This document shows, in pieces, positions 45,706 to 52,854 of a stretch of DNA of 64,000 nt. Each line of letters begins with the position of its first letter. Positions within the stretch are counted from its first letter, which is position 1. This stretch comes from an uncultured Clostridia bacterium (GTDB taxonomy: Bacteria; Bacillota; Clostridia; Christensenellales; UBA1242), in NCBI GenBank assembly GCA_934748015.1, contig CAKVHF010000001.1, positions 80,918 through 144,917 on the forward strand, in the 5' to 3' direction. The position numbers were made by a program, and so were the translations under genes. Below the pieces are notes generated by a model that searched no databases, had not been told where the DNA came from, and was given only the letters and a program-made list of their open reading frames with translations.

Positions 45706-47055
45706 TTAGTATTCCATGCTCCAATCTTCTTCATAATATTCATATCGATCACTATCTGTTTCGTTTGACATATTTTGTTCTGCTGGGTCCAATACAGGTA
45801 CTTTGTCCATCATTTCTTTGAACTCATCATAACTATCAATGTTTAGGCTATCAAATATAGCAAGTAAGTCTCCTACATTTTTGAAATAATTTTTGTTATT
45901 GTTGTAATCGTACTCTACAGGTTGTTCATCTTTGTACAATACAGTTTGGATAGTAGGTCCGTTATAATTGTTGCTTTGTGATTCGTAAACTTTTAGAGTT
46001 TTTGTTACTTGCTCACTCAATGCTTCATATCTTTCGTCATGGCAACCAGTTTCTTGCTTAGCTTGGTTCATGCTATATAACAATTGTTCAGTGCTATATA
46101 TGTTATGATCATCCATATATTGAGATAGTTTGTCAGTGTTATAATAATCGTTGAATATATCTAGATCTACATATGATGATGAGTTTACTTCATCTAGTGG
46201 TTTGCCGAAGTTGGTATTTTTGTAGCAGTCATCAACATTGTATAGTGATGTGCTACCCATGATATTATTCTTTTCCATCTTTTCTTTTAAGTCTGTATAA
46301 TTATTAATTCCTATATCGTTCATGATAACAGCAAATGCTTTTAGGTCATACTTTTTGTCGTATGCAACTATATCTTCACTTTTTGCTTTTTCGGCTTCAA
46401 TTTTTGGGGAAAGTTCAATATATTCTTCCTCTAGTTTTTTATAGCCTTTATCTTTTTTTAGTGCTTCGTAGTCTACTTCGCCATCTTTAATGTATTTTAG
46501 GGCATATTCTTCTGCTTGGGCTTGTATTTCGCTCATTCTTTCGGAGTACTCTGGACTTACATATAGGTCTTCGTAATTGTCGAAGGATATACGCTTGTGC
46601 TTATATCCACTGTTGTTAACCACTCTAGAATCTTTGATATCATCCAATATGTCATTGCATTGATTGCTTGTTCTAATAACTTTGCCATAATGCATTGCTC
46701 TTGTCATAACATATAGGTTAGGGATATCTCTGTCTTCCAACAATTTCATTGTCTCTTCGATAGGGAATGCTTTAACAAACTCTTTTGCGTTAATTTCGAT
46801 TTCGTAGTCGTCGTTAATATTGAAGATATTATACACATCCTCGGCTTTTTGTGGTTGTTTGTCTTGGCTTGGGTTGGTGATTGGATCTTGTGTGTTTTGA
46901 CCTGGTTGGGTTACATCGGTGCTGATGATAGGGTCTTTAACTGGGTCATTACGAGTGATGCCATTGTTGATTAGGGTATAAGCACCAAAGCCGGCTAGGG
47001 CAGCAACTCCTACTATAGCTGCAGTTGCTGCTATTTTCTTTGCATCTAATTTCAT
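45706..47055 (-). CDS. N-terminally membrane-anchored hypothetical protein (449 aa) with internal repeated helical modules
   Basis: MKLDAKKIAATAAIVGVAALAGFGAYTLI TM anchor, then a Pro/Gln-rich linker. Repeated motif, e.g. LKAFAVIMNDIGINNYTDLKEKMEK versus VGDLLAIFDSLNIDSYDEFKEMMDK. AGGAGA RBS upstream. The only minus-strand gene in the window. Confidence 0.75.
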   Translation of the reverse strand: MKLDAKKIAATAAIVGVAALAGFGAYTLINNGITRNDPVKDPIISTDVTQPGQNTQDPITNPSQDKQPQKAEDVYNIFNINDDYEIEINAKEFVKAFPIEETMKLLEDRDIPNLYVMTRAMHYGKVIRTSNQCNDILDDIKDSRVVNNSGYKHKRISFDNYEDLYVSPEYSERMSEIQAQAEEYALKYIKDGEVDYEALKKDKGYKKLEEEYIELSPKIEAEKAKSEDIVAYDKKYDLKAFAVIMNDIGINNYTDLKEKMEKNNIMGSTSLYNVDDCYKNTNFGKPLDEVNSSSYVDLDIFNDYYNTDKLSQYMDDHNIYSTEQLLYSMNQAKQETGCHDERYEALSEQVTKTLKVYESQSNNYNGPTIQTVLYKDEQPVEYDYNNNKNYFKNVGDLLAIFDSLNIDSYDEFKEMMDKVPVLDPAEQNMSNETDSDRYEYYEEDWSMEY

Positions 47056-47468
47056 TTGTTTATCTCCTTAATGGTTTGTTGTTTTTTTATTTTCCATTTC
47101 GTTCTGCCATATATGTTATTGGTAAAAGTTAAAAAATGTCAATTAGATTACATTTGCCTATTTTAGTAATCGATACCTATATTTTACTACAAGTATCTTC
47201 GGTTGTCAATACCCAATATTTCCCACGCATTTGTCGAAAAATGTCGATAAATTGTGTTAAGAGATGTTATATCCCACATATTTCGCTACTTGTTATTCAA
47301 AATATATGTTTGAGTATATATAATACATAATAATTATTGTTTATTAATTCTTTTTCATTATTTTGGTCGCCTCTTAGGGGTATAGTGATATATTTATTAT
47401 CCTCTTTGTATATTTATTGCACATATTTCGCACACTATATGTAACACAAAGTTGAAGAAGGTGAAAAT

Positions 47469-48650
47469 ATGGCGATAAGAAAAAAAATATTAATTTTGTT
47501 ACTATGTTGTATTACTATCCTTGCATTTCTGTTGCAACCCAAGGTGACAAAAGCCAGTACCAATGGTGCGAGCATTGCTGGTTTTGATAAGTTTTCCAGC
47601 ACTAGTTACATCCTTATGGAGGCTAGCTCTGGCAAAGTATTAGTTAATTTCAACGAAGAAGAGCGTATGCCGGTTGCTAGTATCTGTAAGTTAATGACCA
47701 GTCTACTTACTTTGGAGAGGCTGGATAGCGGAGAGATCAGCTTGGACGATATGGTTTTGGTCAGTGAGCATGCAGCAAAGGTGGAAGGTAGTCAAGCATT
47801 TCTAGATGCGGGCAGTAGTTATACAGTAGGTGAATTGCTTAAGAGTGTGATTGTTGCATCTGCCAATGATAGCGCTATAGCCTTAGCTGAGCATATTGCT
47901 GGTAGTGAGGAACTATTCGTGACAATGATGAATGATCGTGCTAAAGAACTAGGAATGAACAATACTAATTACACCAATGCAACTGGTTTGACAACTGCAG
48001 ATCAGTATAGTACAGCTTATGATACTTGTCTTATTTTGCGAGAGATCAATAAGCACGAAACATACAGTAAGTTTGCTAAAATCTGGATGGATAACCTTAC
48101 ACATCCATCTGGCAGAGTGACAGAACTAGTTAACACCAACAGACTTATTAGATATTACGAGCCATGTTTGGATGGCAAAACTGGCTATACAGACGAGGCT
48201 GGGTATTGCCTAAGCAGTGTTGCTAGCAAAAATGGTCTTAAATTGGTTGCAGTAACTCTACATTGTAAGGATTCTGCTAGTAGATTCTTTGAAAGCATGA
48301 AATTGTACGACTATGGTTTTGCTAATTTCGAGAACAAAGTTGTTTTAGCAAAAGATGATTTTGTCCAAGACATCGCAACCAATAATGCAAAGTCGAATAC
48401 TGCAAGGGTGGGCATCAGCAAAGATCTAAGTTATCTGCTTTGCAAAAATGAAGCAATGGCTAGCGAGGTTGTATATAATATACCTGATAAGATCTCTGCA
48501 CCTATGTCTGCTGGAGACAAAGTCGGATCAATTGCGGTTATGTGCAATGGTGACAAAGTAGCAGAGGTAGACGTAGTATTGCTAGATGATATTGCTAGAC
48601 AGGGCATGCTAGACATCTTTGATAAGATATTCAACAAATGGACTACCTAA
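47469..48650 (+). CDS. Serine-type D-alanyl-D-alanine carboxypeptidase (PBP5/DacA-DacB-DacF family)
   Basis: Signal/anchor KKILILLLCCITILAFLL. SxxK = SICK. SxN = SAND. KTG = KTGYT. C-terminal beta-sandwich-like region. GAAGGTGA RBS. Confidence 0.88.
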   Translation: MAIRKKILILLLCCITILAFLLQPKVTKASTNGASIAGFDKFSSTSYILMEASSGKVLVNFNEEERMPVASICKLMTSLLTLERLDSGEISLDDMVLVSEHAAKVEGSQAFLDAGSSYTVGELLKSVIVASANDSAIALAEHIAGSEELFVTMMNDRAKELGMNNTNYTNATGLTTADQYSTAYDTCLILREINKHETYSKFAKIWMDNLTHPSGRVTELVNTNRLIRYYEPCLDGKTGYTDEAGYCLSSVASKNGLKLVAVTLHCKDSASRFFESMKLYDYGFANFENKVVLAKDDFVQDIATNNAKSNTARVGISKDLSYLLCKNEAMASEVVYNIPDKISAPMSAGDKVGSIAVMCNGDKVAEVDVVLLDDIARQGMLDIFDKIFNKWTT

Positions 48651-48700
48651 ATTATTGTTTTTTGCGTAGAGTCACAACTTTGGGAGCAAAATAGCACAAG

Positions 48701-48738
48701 AAATAGACATATTGATACTTGATATGTCTATTTTTTTT
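48701..48738 (+). terminator. Rho-independent terminator after the carboxypeptidase gene
   Basis: aaatagacatat / atatgtctattt stem with a 9-nt loop, then a T8 run. Confidence 0.75.
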
Positions 48739-48756
48739 GTTTTAAGTTTGTTTTCG

Positions 48757-48774
48757 TTTTCCACTTTTTCCACA
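48757..48774 (+). promoter_or_regulatory. Two abutting TTTTCCAC[T/A] 9-mers (DnaA-box-like, 2 and 1 mismatches)
   Basis: ttttccact (48757-48765) and ttttccaca (48766-48774), directly adjacent, upstream of the 1,186-aa gene. Confidence 0.2.
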
Positions 48775-49030
48775 CTTTCCCAAAAAATGTAAAAATAATT
48801 TACATAATTTGGTAAAATCTACACAAAGTAATACAAACAAAGGTGATCGTGGGAGGGTAGTATGATATATTATGTAAGATTGCTTGCTGTGTAGCAAAAA
48901 ATGCCCAAAACAACAAAATTTTACAATTTAGGACTATAGTTGTGAAATATAGTTGACAAATTTTTTTGTAAAGTATAAACTCTACATGTTACAAATTATA
49001 AACATTTTTTAAGGAGAATTAATTACTATT

Positions 49031-52000
49031 ATGAAAGGCAACAAAATTTTAAAGCAAATATCAAAAGTTTTACTTTCTGTATGTTTAGTTTTTGCATTCC
49101 TTTGCACTCCTATTACCAAGTTTTTTGGTAAAGTAGCCAAGGTTTTTGCTGAATCCCCATCAGAACTTACTGATATAACCGGTGCTAATGTTAAGGTTGA
49201 AGGTTTCAAAGGTAGCGGTGAAGTAGGTAAGGGTATTGCATTGCCTACTGTTAAGGTTAACGGTGGCAGTTCAATCAATGTTACAGAAGAAAATGCTGGC
49301 CTTGTATATGATGTTAAGACATCTACTGGCAAAACTGTAACTACAGATACTACTTTTGCTAAAATTAGAAAGGGTATTGCTGATCTAGGCGAAGATACAA
49401 ATAAGTATTATCTTGTATCTACTGTAGAGGGCGTATATACTCTTGATATCCACACTGTAGAAGATGACAAACTACAAACTGTTGTCAAAGGACTTCAGAT
49501 CAACGTAACTAAGGCTGATGCTAGCATTGCTGTATCCAGCACATCTGTTGTAGCCAATGGCACTAATGGTATTGTATTGCCTGCTAAGATCTCTCTTGCT
49601 AAGATCAAGAGCGAAGATTTCAAGATGCCTCTTCCTACATTGCACAAAGATGGCAAAATAGAAAATGTAGTTGTAAAGTGCATCCCTGCTGGTTCTACTA
49701 GTGAAGCTGCTAAGGTTCTAGAACCTATCAAGGACACAGATGGCAACATTACTCATTTTGCATTCAAGGCAGAAGACAGAACTGCTCTTAATAGCAAAGG
49801 TAGATATACATTTATCTATTCTTATATCGCAAATGGTACAAAACTATGTGCTGATGCTAAAATAACTTGCGAAGTAGCAGATAATGACAAATATCTAGAC
49901 GATATTACTCTTGCTATGTCTACTACAATTACCGATCCAGAGCTTAAATCAGGCAATATCGGCATCGAGTACTCTTTGCCAACTGCTACTGTATACAATA
50001 GCAAATCTGGTTCAACAGACGCAATCCCTGCTGTTGTAACTATCAAGGTTACTCCAGCTAGCAATATCGCTAATGCCAAGGTTAAACTAGACGGTTACAA
50101 GTTGACTGTAGATACTATTGGTACTTACCATGTAGTATATACTGCTACTTATCCATATTCTGACAAGAAAGTTGAGAGAAACTTTGTTGTAGAGATGAAG
50201 GACGAGATCAGCCCAGAGGTTATGTTTGTAGAAGGTTATGACAGAGATGCTTACTTTACTAGCCATACTGATGCAACCGAGACTGACTTTGTAGAGTCTC
50301 TAGTAGACAAAACCGACGTTATTAAGTCAATTTATGTACTTGCAGGCGACAGTGTAACAATTAATATCCCAGCGATTTATGCTAAGGATAACTCTACTGA
50401 TGGCAAATATACATTTACTCGTACTATCACTAAGACTGACAACAATACTGTTGATATCGAAGAAGATAGCAATAAGGCAGCAACATTTGCTGCAACAACC
50501 GAGGGTGTGTATACTATCCAATATTCTGTAACTGATGGCAATAACAAACAAGCTATTGCTAAGAAGTCTATCTTGGTTGTAAAACAAGCTACTTTGAGCG
50601 ATGTTAACGCAATTGATGAAACTAGTCATACAATTGTAGAGGCATCTAAGCCAAAGGTAACTACAGGTACAACTCCTCGTACAGTTAAGTCTGACGGCAC
50701 TTTCTCTATTGCTGTTCCTACTGCAACTGATACTATTACTACTCAATTGAAAGAGAAATTTACTAGACTAAAATCTAGTTCAATTGCGTGGACAAGCAAG
50801 GTAGAACTTACTACAACTCTTGTAGCTTATGACTCTACTGACCAAAAAGTTGATGGAAAATCTTACGAATTTACAAAAGACGATATTGATGAGAACGGTA
50901 AGTATACTATTGATATGAAGAAAGTGTTTGGCACAGACGAACTTGCTGGAGTTGCATATTTCAAGGTTATTACTACTGCTTCTACCGATTGGATGACTTC
51001 TCTTGGTCTAGAAAAGAAAACTGTAGAGAGTTCTAAAATCACTTATGTTAAGTCTGCTACTGATACAAATGCATCTACTATTGCATTTGCAGAGTTTGGT
51101 GGTGAGACAACTCTTGCAGGTATCTTGTCTAAGAAAAATGCTACAACAATTGCAAAAACAATTGATAGATATGAAAATGGTAAAAATCACGAAGGTTGCA
51201 CATTTACTGCTACTATCGAGAATAATGGTATGTTGAGAGACAGCAATGGACACTACATTGCTCCATTTAACCAATATAGTGCAGAAAATAGTGCTAAGGT
51301 TGCCTTCCCAGATCTACTTATTACAGACGCAGAGGACGGAACACAATTGTCTGTAACAGGTACTATCACTGATAGCCTAGGCAATACTAAGACATTTGTA
51401 CCTACAATCGATCGTATTAATCTACTATCCGGTACTGGTTATCAATATTATGTAACTCTTGGCGAGTTCGAATTGACTACTGCAGGTATGTATACTGTAT
51501 CAATAACTGCTAAAGATATGGGAGACAACTACTCAGTATATTCATTTGGTGTTATGGTTAATGATACTACTAGCCCTTCAGATATTGTGCTAGATACTGA
51601 TCTAGTAGGTGAGAGCACTATTAGCAAAACTTATTACACTGGTGAATTTATTTCGTTCCCAGAAGCAAAAATAGTAGATAATGTAGACGAGAACTGCGAA
51701 TATACAGCAAAACTTACCGACTATCCAGAGGGTGCTAGATTGACTGAGAACGTATTTAACGGTGGTTTTACAACTCTTACTGCTGGTACGTACAAAATCA
51801 CTTATGATTGCAAAGACAATTCTGGCAATGAGTTCTCTAAGACATATAGCTTAGAGGTTACTGCTAAAGATCATACAACTATTATTGTTGACGAGTCGTT
51901 ATTTGAAGATAATTTCACTTATGCATTTGATGATTCTAAGATTACTAACGAGATCACTATTCCAGGTGGTACTGCTTCCAACACTGTAGATCCTGAGATT

Positions 52001-52591
52001 AATGGTAAGACTATTAAGCCTACCGTTAAGAACAAGAACAACGTTACTCAGACAGTAAGTGTTGATGGCGACCAATACTCATTCAATGCTACACAAGGTA
52101 TCTATACTATTACTTACAAGGAAGGTTCTGTTACTAAGACATATACTATCTATGTAGGTGATACCGATGCTCCAGTATTGACTTGGAAGAAAGAAATCCC
52201 ATCTACTATCAAACTTAATGAGAAATGGGGTAAGGGCATTAAAGACATGTATGAGATCACTGATGTTAAGAACGGTGAGACTTCTACAATAACAGATTCT
52301 GTTGTAACTATTACTAATCCAGATGGTGCTAAGAAGACTATCGATGGTTCTAGCGATTATACTTTTGACAAAGAGGGTACTTATACTATCACAATCACAT
52401 TTGATGATGGTGTAAACGAAGAGAAAGTAACTAAGACTATCACTGTATCTTCTGACACTAAGGATGCAACTGTTAACCCAACCAATGTTGTTGGTGTTAT
52501 CCTAGTTATCGCAGCTGTACTAGTTGCAGGTGGACTAGTTGTATATCTTATCTTATCTTCTAAGAAAGCTAAGAAGAATAAAAACAAATAA
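49031..52591 (+). CDS. Large secreted Ig-repeat surface protein (1,186 aa) with C-terminal TM anchor and Lys-rich tail
   Basis: N-terminal signal-like segment VLLSVCLVFAFLC...VFAESP. At least eight G-x-Y-x-[IVL]-x-[YI] strands typical of DUF5011/HYR-like Ig domains: GVYTLDIH, GRYTFIYS, GTYHVVYTATY, GVYTIQYSVTDGNN, GMYTVSITAKDMGDN, GTYKITYDCKDNSGN, GIYTITYKEG, GTYTITITFDDG. C-terminus VVGVILVIAAVLVAGGLVVYLILSSKKAKKNKNK. Confidence 0.85.
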   Translation: MKGNKILKQISKVLLSVCLVFAFLCTPITKFFGKVAKVFAESPSELTDITGANVKVEGFKGSGEVGKGIALPTVKVNGGSSINVTEENAGLVYDVKTSTGKTVTTDTTFAKIRKGIADLGEDTNKYYLVSTVEGVYTLDIHTVEDDKLQTVVKGLQINVTKADASIAVSSTSVVANGTNGIVLPAKISLAKIKSEDFKMPLPTLHKDGKIENVVVKCIPAGSTSEAAKVLEPIKDTDGNITHFAFKAEDRTALNSKGRYTFIYSYIANGTKLCADAKITCEVADNDKYLDDITLAMSTTITDPELKSGNIGIEYSLPTATVYNSKSGSTDAIPAVVTIKVTPASNIANAKVKLDGYKLTVDTIGTYHVVYTATYPYSDKKVERNFVVEMKDEISPEVMFVEGYDRDAYFTSHTDATETDFVESLVDKTDVIKSIYVLAGDSVTINIPAIYAKDNSTDGKYTFTRTITKTDNNTVDIEEDSNKAATFAATTEGVYTIQYSVTDGNNKQAIAKKSILVVKQATLSDVNAIDETSHTIVEASKPKVTTGTTPRTVKSDGTFSIAVPTATDTITTQLKEKFTRLKSSSIAWTSKVELTTTLVAYDSTDQKVDGKSYEFTKDDIDENGKYTIDMKKVFGTDELAGVAYFKVITTASTDWMTSLGLEKKTVESSKITYVKSATDTNASTIAFAEFGGETTLAGILSKKNATTIAKTIDRYENGKNHEGCTFTATIENNGMLRDSNGHYIAPFNQYSAENSAKVAFPDLLITDAEDGTQLSVTGTITDSLGNTKTFVPTIDRINLLSGTGYQYYVTLGEFELTTAGMYTVSITAKDMGDNYSVYSFGVMVNDTTSPSDIVLDTDLVGESTISKTYYTGEFISFPEAKIVDNVDENCEYTAKLTDYPEGARLTENVFNGGFTTLTAGTYKITYDCKDNSGNEFSKTYSLEVTAKDHTTIIVDESLFEDNFTYAFDDSKITNEITIPGGTASNTVDPEINGKTIKPTVKNKNNVTQTVSVDGDQYSFNATQGIYTITYKEGSVTKTYTIYVGDTDAPVLTWKKEIPSTIKLNEKWGKGIKDMYEITDVKNGETSTITDSVVTITNPDGAKKTIDGSSDYTFDKEGTYTITITFDDGVNEEKVTKTITVSSDTKDATVNPTNVVGVILVIAAVLVAGGLVVYLILSSKKAKKNKNK

Positions 52592-52628
52592 TTAATTCTT
52601 ATTAAAAATTAAAAAATATATCACAAAA

Positions 52629-52677
52629 TAAGACTATGTATATAAGGCCGAAATGTGCCTATACATAGTCTTTTTTT
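52629..52677 (+). terminator. Rho-independent terminator after the Ig-repeat protein gene
   Basis: aagactatgtata / tatacatagtctt stem with a 17-nt loop, then a T7 run. Confidence 0.7.
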
Positions 52678-52854
52678 GTAACTTTGCATAAGTGTAAAAA
52701 TATAAAAAATAAACGACTTCTTTCATTGCAATATTATATCTTAACCACAAATGTTGCAAAATGTAACAATTTGTCAATAATACAAAATAATTTGCCAATA
52801 TCTATATTTTATTGTAAAATACTTATAATATATATATAGGATGAGAAAAGTAAA

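Noticed and set aside
48953-48979. TTGACA ... TATAAA promoter for the 1,186-aa gene.
   Set aside because: The spacer is only 15 nt by my count, which is too uncertain to list as a feature.
49031-49110. Lipobox in the 1,186-aa protein (AFLC).
   Set aside because: The -1 position is Leu rather than Gly, Ala or Ser, so it does not satisfy the lipobox consensus. It is more likely an ordinary signal peptide or anchor.
52480-52591. Sortase sorting signal in the 1,186-aa protein (VNPTNVV before the hydrophobic tail).
   Set aside because: It does not fit LPXTG, NPQTN, NPKTG or SPKTG, being one residue short of the NPxTN pattern. It is treated as a plain C-terminal TM anchor.
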